This document shows, piece after piece, positions 10,049-18,882 of a stretch of 64,000 nucleotides of DNA. Made by a program: the position numbers and the translations under genes. Below the pieces are notes generated by a model. The model ran no database searches. It was given only the letters and a program-made list of their open reading frames with translations, and was not told the origin of the DNA. The first letter of the stretch is position 1, and each line of letters starts with the position of its first letter. The DNA comes from an uncultured Gammaproteobacteria bacterium (GTDB lineage: Bacteria; Patescibacteriota; Microgenomatia; UBA10105; UBA927): the NCBI GenBank assembly GCA_964621305.1, contig CAZUOM010000001.1:229448-293447 (forward strand). Direction: 5' to 3'.

Positions 10049-10641
10049 AGTCGTGCGTCAAGAAAAACAAGGAGTTTTTTGCTCCCAAAAAGACGGGCAA
10101 AGCGCATCAGTTTTCCTTTCCTGATGCGACTCAGATGTAATCGGTCGTTTTGGGATTTTTCTACCCGCATCACAAAATACAGATAATCAACCAATGCCTT
10201 TTCCGGCTCTGCCATAAGGAAAGACCGTTGTTCCTTTTTTTGGAGAACATAGCCGGTATACGCTTTTGGCTGGATAGACCGATACGAGTAGGCAATGCCA
10301 TTGACGGCAAAGAGTCGGGTCGGTTTCGTGGTAGCGGAGGTGACGGTGTAGGGCATTTCCGGGAGAATCTGCCAGTAGGCCAGCGCATATTCAAAAGAAA
10401 TGTACGAAGGCTGATAGAGACGATTGGCTATTTCCTCCTCTGCCGGAGGGTCGGTTTGCAGCCCGTAGAGCCCTTTTTTCAGACGAACAAAGAGGCCCTC
10501 CCGGGTCTGACGTTCCAGAAAATATTTCGCCCGGTGGGAGTGCGTCTCAAAAATCCGTTCAAATTCGAGCCGAGAAACGATCCGTATCCCGCGCCTGACC
10601 AATGCTTCCCTCACATGTATTGGTTTCAGTAAAGTATACAT
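10045..10641 (-). CDS. AbiEi-family antitoxin / transcriptional regulator
   Basis: 198 aa, stop overlaps the AbiEii start (ATGA). 'YISFEYALAYWQIL' and N-terminal HTH-like region are typical of AbiEi. Confidence 0.6.
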   Translation of the reverse strand: MYTLLKPIHVREALVRRGIRIVSRLEFERIFETHSHRAKYFLERQTREGLFVRLKKGLYGLQTDPPAEEEIANRLYQPSYISFEYALAYWQILPEMPYTVTSATTKPTRLFAVNGIAYSYRSIQPKAYTGYVLQKKEQRSFLMAEPEKALVDYLYFVMRVEKSQNDRLHLSRIRKGKLMRFARLFGSKKLLVFLDARL

Positions 10642-10853
10642 ATTTATACTTTTCTGAAATGAGTATATCTGACCTATGTCTCGTTGTCAATGGCTTGATT
10701 GTTCCCTTGACGGCTTAACGTACGCTCGCCTCCAGGAAGGAGGTGCCGAAAAAATTCTAGGCGCCCAACAACGCCAGGGGTTGGTTGAAAGTGCATCTGT
10801 TACGCGGCAGATTGATTTCGAAGTGTATTCAATTTCTATCGTTGATTAGGAGT

Positions 10854-11972
10854 TCATTGCGCTTTTCCGACTGTCCCGTCGGTCTTAACCACCACCCCAA
10901 ACAGTTGTTCAAGCTTCAAAATTGCAAGTTTAATGTAGGAGGCGTGCGAAGCAAACATGACGTCTTGCGTTATCCCCTTCCAGATCAGGTTACCCCCGAC
11001 GCCTATCCAACTGGCAAGCCTGGCATCATCAGCAGCCGCCGGAACCATGACCTCTGCGGTTTGGGGTTTGGGAATAAACAGAAAAACAGACGTAACAGGC
11101 CAAGCTTGAGCCGTCATACGGAAGTCTCCTACAGTCACCTTATCTAAAATGGAAATCCCCATAATATCGTTGAGATCTTCAATGCCAATTCCTGTTTCTT
11201 CTTTTAGCTCGCGTTTAGCAGCAGTTATAGCTTGTTCTATAACAGCAACTGCGCCGCCTTTAGACCACCCGGTTCTCGTCTTATCAATCATGCCGCCCGG
11301 CAGTGCGCGCCCTCCCCTATCGCTTCGCTCAATCAAAACAACTTCAAATTTATTATCATGAATCCGGATAATGACCGGATCGGCAGCTTCATTTGGCCCC
11401 AGGAACCAATAAAACCCCGGGCCGGTCACGATGCCTTCGGGACTTGTGACCGCCTCTTTAAACATCGGATGAATCGGAGATCCGTCAGAGGCAAGGATCA
11501 ATCTGGCAAACCGTTCGGTCCTTGCTATTTTGGCCCCGTCTCCTCGATACGCTTCAATCGCGAGATTTTTCAGTTTATTGGATAATCTTCCGTCTTCGAC
11601 AATATTCCGGTTCTCGTGGAGGCCAACATAATAAGCCGGGCGCATTCCTGGAAAACCAACAAGTTCGTCGACGGGTCTTCCTGATTTAAACCACTGAAAA
11701 TATTCTTTTTCCGTCCAATGAAGGCCCTGGGCTGGGTAGCCGGCAAAGTTGGCTCGATCTTTCATCGCCTGAAGCACTTCTTGGACTAATTCCGTGTGGC
11801 CGTAGCGAAAATCAATGGGAACGAGGCGATCCTGCGCTTTCACAACTGGAAGGCCCTCGCGCCTAAGCCCAAGGTGTTCGAGGGGATCGGCGTATCGGGT
11901 TAAAAGATCGGGCGCGCTGGCGCTTTCGATTGCCATGGACCGAATTATAGCCCTAAATATGATTTTTGACAA
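10854..11972 (-). CDS. NUDIX hydrolase with N-terminal extra domain
   Basis: Nudix box 'GGRALPGGMIDKTRTGWSKGGAVAVIEQAITAAKRELKEETGI' (GX5EX7REUXEEXGU). Confidence 0.6.
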   Translation of the reverse strand: MSKIIFRAIIRSMAIESASAPDLLTRYADPLEHLGLRREGLPVVKAQDRLVPIDFRYGHTELVQEVLQAMKDRANFAGYPAQGLHWTEKEYFQWFKSGRPVDELVGFPGMRPAYYVGLHENRNIVEDGRLSNKLKNLAIEAYRGDGAKIARTERFARLILASDGSPIHPMFKEAVTSPEGIVTGPGFYWFLGPNEAADPVIIRIHDNKFEVVLIERSDRGGRALPGGMIDKTRTGWSKGGAVAVIEQAITAAKRELKEETGIGIEDLNDIMGISILDKVTVGDFRMTAQAWPVTSVFLFIPKPQTAEVMVPAAADDARLASWIGVGGNLIWKGITQDVMFASHASYIKLAILKLEQLFGVVVKTDGTVGKAQ

Positions 11973-12019
11973 TAGACGGCTCCCCTATTATACTTACGCC
12001 CTATCGAGCTTGCTCTTTT

Positions 12020-12901
12020 TTATAACTTGAGACCTTTGAGGTAGGCTCGGAAGTCTCCGTTGAGATCCTTATGCGCCAGGGCAAACTCGACTACGGTTTT
12101 GAGGTACTCGAGCTTGTTGCCGGTGTCGTAGTATTTTCCATCGATAATCTCGCAGGCATACACCGGCCGCTTTTTCATAAGGGAAGCAATAGCGTCCACG
12201 AGCCAAATTTCGTTACCCTTGCCAGGCTTAAGGCGTGACAGCTCATCAAAAATATCCGGAGTAAGAACATAGCAGCCGTGGGCGGCTAAATTGCTGGGTG
12301 CCTCTTCGGTCGTGGGCTTCTCCATCATCTTTTTAATCTGCCAGATGTTAGCCTCAACTTTGACCGCATCCACGATCCCGTAGCGCGAGACGTCTTTTTT
12401 CGGCACGCGGACGGCAGAGATCACCGGGTCGCCATATTTTTCGAAAACGTCTATACACTGGCGCGCGCGCGGCGGGTGACTGTAAATGAATTCATCTCCC
12501 CAGATGGCGAGAAACGGCTCATCGCCGACTACGGTTTTGGCGCAGAGAACTGGCGTGCCGTTGCCGTAAGGGCCTTTCTGGCGGATGTAGATAAAGTTGG
12601 CTAGCTCCGCCGTCTTTTTAACCGACTCTAACAGTTCATGTTTACCCTGTTCTTTAAGCGTCTGGATTAGCTCGTTGGGGTAATCAAAATGGTCCTCGAT
12701 AGCCCGCTTGTGCCAGCCGGTGACTATAACGATATCCGTAATTCCGCTTGCTACCAGCTCCTCAACGACGTATTGAATAACGGGTTTGTCTACAATCGGC
12801 AGCATCTCCTTGGGCATCGCCTTGGTCTGGGGAAGAAACCGGGTACCGAAGCCAGCGGCCGGAATAACAGCTTTCCTAATTCGAGAAGGGATACGTTTCA
12901 T
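12020..12901 (-). CDS. galU: UTP--glucose-1-phosphate uridylyltransferase
   Basis: 'KAVIPAAGFGTRFLPQTKAMPKEMLPIVDKPVIQYVVEE' is the canonical GalU N-terminus. Confidence 0.85.
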   Translation of the reverse strand: MKRIPSRIRKAVIPAAGFGTRFLPQTKAMPKEMLPIVDKPVIQYVVEELVASGITDIVIVTGWHKRAIEDHFDYPNELIQTLKEQGKHELLESVKKTAELANFIYIRQKGPYGNGTPVLCAKTVVGDEPFLAIWGDEFIYSHPPRARQCIDVFEKYGDPVISAVRVPKKDVSRYGIVDAVKVEANIWQIKKMMEKPTTEEAPSNLAAHGCYVLTPDIFDELSRLKPGKGNEIWLVDAIASLMKKRPVYACEIIDGKYYDTGNKLEYLKTVVEFALAHKDLNGDFRAYLKGLKL

Positions 12902-13215
12902 ACCGACGGTTTACCCCGCAAACGCGCAAGCGTTGTGTGGGGCCTTACGAATTTTGGATGAGTTATTTTTCATCAGGTGCTCTTGATTTTATGCATTAAA
13001 CTCAGTTCTTGTCAATCAAAACAGAAAGGGAATGGCTGCCATTTCCTTATATGCTCATCTAATCAGCTTTTTCGCTGCTTGTCCTGAGCTTCCGAAGGAC
13101 AAACTTGAGTAAGATAGGTATATATCAGGCTCAGTCGTGTTAGGAAATACCATCATCGTAGAACCAGTGCGGTCCTTTACTTAATGTTGTTTTTTTGCTA
13201 GGATAGGACAGGTGA

Positions 13216-13234
13216 CCCCCGGGAGGGGGTTTTA
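13216..13234 (+). terminator. GC hairpin (cccccgggaggggg) + T-run just upstream of secE
   Basis: Perfect 5-bp G/C stem with GGGA loop followed by TTTTA. Role is unclear (terminator or leader structure). Confidence 0.3.
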
Positions 13235-13245
13235 TAAAGAAGAAT

Positions 13246-13431
13246 ATGGTACCACCGGTTGCGTTTTTCAAAGAGGTCACAACGGAGCTGAAGAAGGTTA
13301 CCTGGCCAACCCGTGAAGAGACACTTCGTTACACAGCTATCGTCTTTGCAATATCGATTTTAGTCGGCGCATTCGTCGGCGGACTCGATGTGCTGTTTGT
13401 CAAAACAACGAGTATTTTGTTCAAACGATGA
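13246..13431 (+). CDS. secE: preprotein translocase subunit SecE
   Basis: 61 aa, 'KEVTTELKKVTWPTREE' + single TM helix. Sits immediately upstream of nusG (conserved synteny). Confidence 0.8.
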   Translation: MVPPVAFFKEVTTELKKVTWPTREETLRYTAIVFAISILVGAFVGGLDVLFVKTTSILFKR

Positions 13432-13543
13432 AAATCCAAAATCCTAAGGTTAATCTATTCACCTTTTGAACTTTATCATTGATTTGACATTTGAATTTTG
13501 CTTGCACTGAGTTTTTCCGAAGGGACATTTGAATTTTTGACAT

Positions 13544-14131
13544 ATGGATCAACCAACAACAACAGCCAATCCGCCAGTAACCTCCTCCGGCATTGACCGT
13601 GACGAAGGAAGGACCCGCTGGTATGTGGTCCATACTTACTCCGGCCACGAGAACAAAGTCGCGGCAAATCTTAAGCAGCGCATCGAAACGATGAAGCTTG
13701 CTGATAAAATCTTTGACGTTGTCGTTCCTACAAGGAACATCATCCAGGTCAAGCGAGGTAAAAAAGAAGAAATCAAGGAAAAAATTTTCCCAGGATATAT
13801 TTTGGTAAAAATGGTTTTGGAAGACGACTCCTGGCTCGCTGTCCGGACAACCCAAGGAGTCACGGCTTTCGTCGGTGCCGGCAACAAACCCACCCCAATT
13901 TCCCAAAAGGAAGTGGATACCATCCTCAAGTTTATGGCCCTGGAAGCGCCAACCTATAAGACCAGCTACTCTATGGGTGAAGCCGTCAAAATCATCGATG
14001 GACCGTTTGCGGACTTTCTGGGTTCAGTCAACTCCATTGATGAAACCCGAGGCAAGCTTAAAATCCTCGTCTCGATTTTCGGTAGGGAAACACCAGTGGA
14101 ACTGGATTTTCTCCAAGTATCTAAGCTCTAA
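13544..14131 (+). CDS. nusG: transcription termination/antitermination factor NusG
   Basis: 'WYVVHTYSGHENKV' NGN domain start, KOW-like C-terminus. Confidence 0.9.
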   Translation: MDQPTTTANPPVTSSGIDRDEGRTRWYVVHTYSGHENKVAANLKQRIETMKLADKIFDVVVPTRNIIQVKRGKKEEIKEKIFPGYILVKMVLEDDSWLAVRTTQGVTAFVGAGNKPTPISQKEVDTILKFMALEAPTYKTSYSMGEAVKIIDGPFADFLGSVNSIDETRGKLKILVSIFGRETPVELDFLQVSKL

Positions 14132-14274
14132 ATGCCCGATCTGTTTGTCTATGTTGATAACAAAAACTTAGCGCGCTGTCCGGACTGGGGCGATGGGCTA
14201 TGGAGTGGCATACGTGTCGAGCACAGGGGCTAGACCGTGCTATAATATAGCAACAACACAAGACTTTCTTACAT

Positions 14275-14703
14275 ATGGCAGTCAAGAAAATCAAAACCGT
14301 TATTAAACTAAATCTCTCTGCAGGAGAGGCTACGCCGGCCCCCCCCGTTGGTCCCGCTCTCGGCCAGCACGGACTGCCGATCATGGAGTTTGTCAGAGCC
14401 TACAACGACAAAACAGGGAAGCTCAAAGGCCAAACCATTCCGGCAGTCATCACCGTCTACGAAGATCGGACGTTTAGTTTTATCACTAAGCTTCCTCCAG
14501 TTGCGGCAATGATCAAAAAAGTTCTCGGCATCGACAAGGGCGGAGGTAAAGCCGGCCGCGAGATTTCTGGCAAGCTCACCAAGGCACAGGTTGAAGACAT
14601 CGCAAAAGACAAACTAGCTGATTTGAATACCGAAGATGTTCAACAGGCGATGAAAGTGGTTGCGGGAACGGCAAAATCGATGGGGATTGAAACAGAAGCT
14701 TAG
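14275..14703 (+). CDS. rplK: 50S ribosomal protein L11
   Basis: 'IKLNLSAGEATPAPPVGPALGQHG' canonical L11. Confidence 0.9.
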   Translation: MAVKKIKTVIKLNLSAGEATPAPPVGPALGQHGLPIMEFVRAYNDKTGKLKGQTIPAVITVYEDRTFSFITKLPPVAAMIKKVLGIDKGGGKAGREISGKLTKAQVEDIAKDKLADLNTEDVQQAMKVVAGTAKSMGIETEA

Positions 14704-14758
14704 TGGTTTAGTAGCTTAGTAGCTTAGTAGCTTAGTGGCTTAGTAGCTTAGTAGCTTA
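14698..14758. repeat. tandem octamer repeat (gcttagta)x~7 beginning at the rplK stop codon
   Basis: 'gcttagtggtttagtagcttagtagcttagtagcttagtggcttagtagcttagtagcttaa'. The 8-nt period places TAG in every reading frame. Confidence 0.9.
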
Positions 14759-14809
14759 AAGAAATTCTAAGCTTCTAAATAACTAAGCATCTAAACCTCT
14801 CTTCAAATT

Positions 14810-15673
14810 ATGGGTAAAATTCGTGTAGCTACACTCGGCAGTGAAGAAGAAAAAGAACAACGTCGCAGAGCCGGCGCCCGTCGCCAGACCAAGAAGTCTA
14901 AAAAGGACAAGGTCGAAGGCGTCGGGCTCCATGGCGGCGAGCGCACGGTGGTGATGGAGGGAGCTGAGCTTAAGCCCGAGATAAAACGTTTGGTTGAGGA
15001 AGTAGAAAGTGGAGTGCAGCCAGCAGTCAACAGCCAGCAGTCAACAAAACTGAAAAAAAAGAAACAAGCAAAACCCAAATCCAGACGCTATCAGGAAGCG
15101 GCAAAACTTGTTGATCGCACCAAGCTCTACCTAGTTTCCTCCGCCATTGATCTGGTCAAAAAAACGTCGCTGACCAGATTCGACGGCACAGTCGAGCTCT
15201 CAGTCAACCTCAACGCCGAGTCGTTGGGCGAAAACAAGGCCCTGCGCGGGTCCGCAAGGCTCCCACATTCGATGGGTAAAACCATCCGCGTGGCCATCGC
15301 CGATGATGAGCTTTTGGGTAAAATTGAAAAGGGGGCAATAGATTTTGACATCCTTGTTGCCGCGCCTGCCATGATGCCCAAATTAGCCAAATTTGCCAAA
15401 ATCCTGGGCCCCAAGGGCCTGATGCCCAATCCCAAAAACGGGACCATTGGCGAGGACACAGAGAAACTTGCCGCAAGTTTTGCCAGAGGCGAGATCCACT
15501 TCAAAACCGAGCCGGACCAACCTATTCTCCACTTGGTCGTGGGCAAAGTATCCCAGCCGGAAAAAGAACTGGCAGAAAATGTGGAGGCGTATCTGTCCGC
15601 CATCGGTCCTTCAAAAATTCTCAAGGCCACTCTTTCTGCGACCATGGGACCGGGGGTGAAGGTGAAAATATAA
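14810..15673 (+). CDS. rplA: 50S ribosomal protein L1 (with about 90-aa Lys/Arg-rich N-terminal extension or mis-called start)
   Basis: From 'KPKSRRYQEAAKLVDRTKLY' onward it matches canonical L1. The upstream 90 codons are K/R/E-rich and contain a 15-bp tandem duplication (agccagcagtcaaca x2 at about 15016..15045). No RBS at 14810. Confidence 0.8.
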   Translation: MGKIRVATLGSEEEKEQRRRAGARRQTKKSKKDKVEGVGLHGGERTVVMEGAELKPEIKRLVEEVESGVQPAVNSQQSTKLKKKKQAKPKSRRYQEAAKLVDRTKLYLVSSAIDLVKKTSLTRFDGTVELSVNLNAESLGENKALRGSARLPHSMGKTIRVAIADDELLGKIEKGAIDFDILVAAPAMMPKLAKFAKILGPKGLMPNPKNGTIGEDTEKLAASFARGEIHFKTEPDQPILHLVVGKVSQPEKELAENVEAYLSAIGPSKILKATLSATMGPGVKVKI

Positions 15674-16383
15674 TAAACTACCCAGAATGCGAAGGTGCTC
15701 CTCGATATGTATGATATAGATCAAAAGTATACGCAAATGGATACACCCTGGGATAAAGGACTGATGGGTGGATTAGTCCAAAAACCCAAAGCGTATCAGA
15801 AGTCAAACTCGGCGAGAAACAAATCAATTGTTCACCAAAAAAACTTTCACCATCATCTTTATAGCGGACAACACTCAAATACACGCCTTTTGTTGCTGTC
15901 GGGAAGAAGTAATGCTCTTCTTGATTGGATTCGATATAGGCTGCAACACTTGCTGTATTTTGTTCCTCACCCGGTATACCTAGCCGGAGAAGAATCATAT
16001 TGCGAGCGACAACATCTTCTGGTGAATACCGAAGAAGCCATTTGATGCCATGGCTTCCTGGCTGATAAAATTCTTCTAGACTCGTCCCAACAATGCGTTC
16101 ATTGAGTGCCCATAGGAGATCCGATTGTAATATCGACCGATATCCCTATTGGAAGAGCTTTTGGAAATAGATGCCGAACATCCCTAGGAATAACTACCGG
16201 CGCCCTGATGCGCTGTGTTTCAAATTCGCCAATTGTATTGGTCATATTCATTAATAATTGTATAGTTTTTTGCTATAAGATTTCAATAGCGTCCAAAAAT
16301 TAGCCGATGGGAAAACTATCAAACGCGCGACAGTGACCCTCTCTTCTACCACTAGCCCGGGGGAGAAAGTGATATTTGGGTAA

Positions 16384-17013
16384 CTACGATGCCAACAAGA
16401 GCTTCTTACGCTTGCTCCAAGCGTACTCGTTTATTCCAAGTTCCGGAATTTTTTTCGTTTCCCAGATCAGACTTGTAATTTCATTCTGGAGCGGCTGCAT
16501 GGGCAGTTGGGCAACCAGAAGCGACAGGATGTCCAAGCGGTCTTTCTGACCTTTGGCTGTCAGCTTCCGCTGGCCGTACACATAACCTTTAAGCGCGAGC
16601 AACACATCAACCGTGGGGACAACAAAAGTATCAATAGTGTGTGTTTTTTTCAAAACATCCTCAACCGGCATCCCGATACTGCTCCAATGAGGCAGGTATA
16701 TATCAATGGAAGCCATATCGTCCAGCGCCTCGTATTTTTTGAGCCGTTCGTTTTTGACAACAGGATAACGTTTTTTCAGCTTTTCCAGTTGGTCGTAGGA
16801 GACGATGATATCGATATCCTTGGATTTAAGCGCTTTGGTATAAAGCCACACTGCCCAACCGCCGATGAGGACAAACGTAACTGCCCGCTTCAGATCCTGG
16901 AGCGTCTGCCAGCTTTTGGCAGTGATAATATCGTTATAAAAATCCATAGGCGTGCTCTTTGAGCGCACGGAAGTAATCCGTCGCATACCAATCGGACAAG
17001 TTCCAAAGGTCAA
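16384..17013 (-). CDS. minimal nucleotidyltransferase-fold protein (AbiEii/MNT-like putative toxin)
   Basis: 'VLIGGWAVWLYTKALKSKDIDIIV' = GG...DxD polymerase-beta NTase motif. The real start is probably Met-23 (about 16947), overlapping the upstream HTH gene stop. Confidence 0.5.
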   Translation of the reverse strand: MTFGTCPIGMRRITSVRSKSTPMDFYNDIITAKSWQTLQDLKRAVTFVLIGGWAVWLYTKALKSKDIDIIVSYDQLEKLKKRYPVVKNERLKKYEALDDMASIDIYLPHWSSIGMPVEDVLKKTHTIDTFVVPTVDVLLALKGYVYGQRKLTAKGQKDRLDILSLLVAQLPMQPLQNEITSLIWETKKIPELGINEYAWSKRKKLLLAS

Positions 17014-17503
17014 CCAGCGTCTGGGACACAGGGGTGACGTTACCTGTTAAATACGGGTCCGGACGAAGGACAAAAAGATTGGCCGGGCCGGGTGCTTTGG
17101 GAAACCGCACCTTGAGCGCTTCTGTCCCGTACACGTACACTTTATCATAGTCAGCAGGAGCAGAGCCCAGATGAATGCGCACGGCGCTATAACAGCCGTA
17201 AACGGCGTGGGCATCCATGAGTCCCTCGATTTCGGCAACTGAAAAAGGGGCGCGCGTTGCGTATATAATGTCCCTAGAAAGATTACGGTGCGTGGCCCAG
17301 AAATAGAGGAGTTTTTCGGCATTTGTAAGACGAAAATTTCTCCCGGTAACCACTACCGCGCCAAGTTCCCTTAATGGGGATAGGGCGGAAAATACAGTGC
17401 TGGTGCTCATGCCAAACTGCTCGGCGAGCTTCTTTTGCTCAAACACCGGATGCTTCACCCCGGCCTCTAGGATTTCCCTCCAGATGATTTCGATTTTCTT
17501 CAT
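16934..17503 (-). CDS. HTH-domain protein (AbiEi-like putative antitoxin/regulator)
   Basis: N-terminal wHTH-like 'KKLAEQFGMSTSTVFSALSPLRELG'. Sits upstream of and overlapping the NTase gene, which is the AbiE architecture. Confidence 0.45.
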   Translation of the reverse strand: MKKIEIIWREILEAGVKHPVFEQKKLAEQFGMSTSTVFSALSPLRELGAVVVTGRNFRLTNAEKLLYFWATHRNLSRDIIYATRAPFSVAEIEGLMDAHAVYGCYSAVRIHLGSAPADYDKVYVYGTEALKVRFPKAPGPANLFVLRPDPYLTGNVTPVSQTLVDLWNLSDWYATDYFRALKEHAYGFL

Positions 17504-17756
17504 GCGTTTTTTCTCTCTTTTCGAATATAATCGAAAAGAGCAGCCTTGTCAAATCCTTACACGCCACCTCTCCCCCACCATAACGTAAGGCTATAGCCCA
17601 CCTGGGCTGCGCAAGCGAACACCAATGGGCAATTTTTATTACTTGCAGAATGGCCACGTTTATGAGATACTCTTTTTATCCTAAAGACCGTAGGTTCCGG
17701 TTATCAAGCGGAAGACCGCTTCAGCCGGATTAAAATCCTACCGAGGGAAAATTTAT

Positions 17757-17868
17757 ATTGTTACATTGCTGCGTTGTCACATTGTTAACGAACAATCCAG
17801 AATGTAGCCTTTCCCTCGCATCATGCGAGGTTTTTTATTTTTAACAATTTAACAATTTAACAATTTTT
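17757..17868. promoter_or_regulatory. AT-rich composite motif copy A (TTGTTACATTGCT...ACATTGTTAA...TTAACAATTTAACAATTTAACAAT) in rplJ upstream region
   Basis: Shares submotifs with 32581..32643 and 42078..42150. Lies between divergent gene starts. Confidence 0.5.
17813..17842 (+). terminator. hairpin cctcgcatcatgcgagg + T6AT5 (rplJ leader attenuator/terminator-like)
   Basis: Near-perfect palindrome followed by ttttttattttt, 30 nt upstream of the rplJ start. Confidence 0.5.
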
Positions 17869-17872
17869 CAAT

Positions 17873-18388
17873 ATGCCAACACAGAAAAAAATCGACACCG
17901 TCACTGATTTAACCGAAAAGCTTGCAAGAGCCAAGTCAGTCATGCTGACTGACTATCGCGGTTTAAAGCATAAACAGATGGAGGAGCTAAGGGGTGCGCT
18001 CAAAAAGGCCAATGCTGACTTTATGGTTGCTAAAAATCGGCTGTTTCTGCGCGCCCTTGGTAGTAAAGCAAAATCACTTAAAGAATATCTTAAGGATACA
18101 ACTGCAATCCTTTTTTCCTATGCAGATGGCGTCGCCCCACTCAAAGAACTCGTTAAATATTTCAAAGCAGCCGGTGTGGGCAAAACCAAAATTGGCCTTG
18201 TGGAAGGCCGGATGCTTTTAGAAGATGACCTCCTGCGATTGTCTACCTTGCCAACCCGTGACGTCTTGCTCTCACAGCTCGCTAGACAACTCAATGCCCC
18301 AATCCAAGGCTTACATTACACGCTCTCGCGGAATGTGAGAAGGCTGTTATACGCCTTGCAACAAATCCAAAAATCAAAATCCAAATGA
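17873..18388 (+). CDS. rplJ: 50S ribosomal protein L10
   Basis: 'KKIDTVTDLTEKLARAKSVMLTDYRGLKHKQMEELR' canonical L10. Confidence 0.85.
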   Translation: MPTQKKIDTVTDLTEKLARAKSVMLTDYRGLKHKQMEELRGALKKANADFMVAKNRLFLRALGSKAKSLKEYLKDTTAILFSYADGVAPLKELVKYFKAAGVGKTKIGLVEGRMLLEDDLLRLSTLPTRDVLLSQLARQLNAPIQGLHYTLSRNVRRLLYALQQIQKSKSK

Positions 18389-18447
18389 CAAACCAAGTCA
18401 TAAGCTCTAAATCCAAATTTGAACTTTTCGATCGGAGGTGATTTTTT

Positions 18448-18840
18448 ATGACCAAATTATCAAAAGATGAATTATTAAAAGCAGTTGAGGAGATGAGCGT
18501 TTTGGAGCTGGCTGATTTCGTGAAAGCCTTGGAGGAAAAATTCGGCGTGAGCGCCCAGCCAGTAGCTGTGCCAGCGACTGTGCCCGCCGAAGCTTCAGCG
18601 AAGGAGGGAGCGAATGCCCCCGAACAGACTGTATTCAACGTCGTTCTTGCGGCACCCGGAGACAACAAAATCGGCGTCATCAAAGCTGTCCGCGAGCTCG
18701 TCCCAACTCTCGGACTCCAGGAGGCAAAGATTCTCGTTGAATCTGCTCCCAAGGACGTCCTAACTGCTGTCAACAAGGCAACAGCCGAGGAGGCAAAAAA
18801 GAAATTGGAAGCAGCGGGTGCAAAAGTGGATCTCAACTAA
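18448..18840 (+). CDS. rplL: 50S ribosomal protein L7/L12
   Basis: '[27 protein letters not shown]' ... '[24 protein letters not shown]'. Good RBS ggaggtga. Confidence 0.9.
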   Translation: MTKLSKDELLKAVEEMSVLELADFVKALEEKFGVSAQPVAVPATVPAEASAKEGANAPEQTVFNVVLAAPGDNKIGVIKAVRELVPTLGLQEAKILVESAPKDVLTAVNKATAEEAKKKLEAAGAKVDLN

Positions 18841-18848
18841 GCCATTTC

Positions 18849-18863
18849 CAAGGGGTCCCCTTG
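18849..18863. repeat. REP type 1 palindrome caaggggtccccttg (copy a, just after rplL stop)
   Basis: Near-perfect 15-bp palindrome. Same motif at 19075..19089 and 19611..19625. Confidence 0.8.
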
Positions 18864-18882
18864 ATTTTGCCGTAACAACGGG

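Noticed and set aside
12962-13215. Expected rpmG (L33)/tRNA-Trp upstream of secE
   Set aside because: The only ORF there (about 26 codons) does not resemble L33, and no cloverleaf could be folded. Not reported.
15678-16383. ORFs 15678..15998(-), 15695..16045(+), 16106..16303(+) between rplA and the NTase gene
   Set aside because: Mutually overlapping on opposite strands, with no RBS and no motif. More likely decayed sequence or spacer of the insertion than genes.
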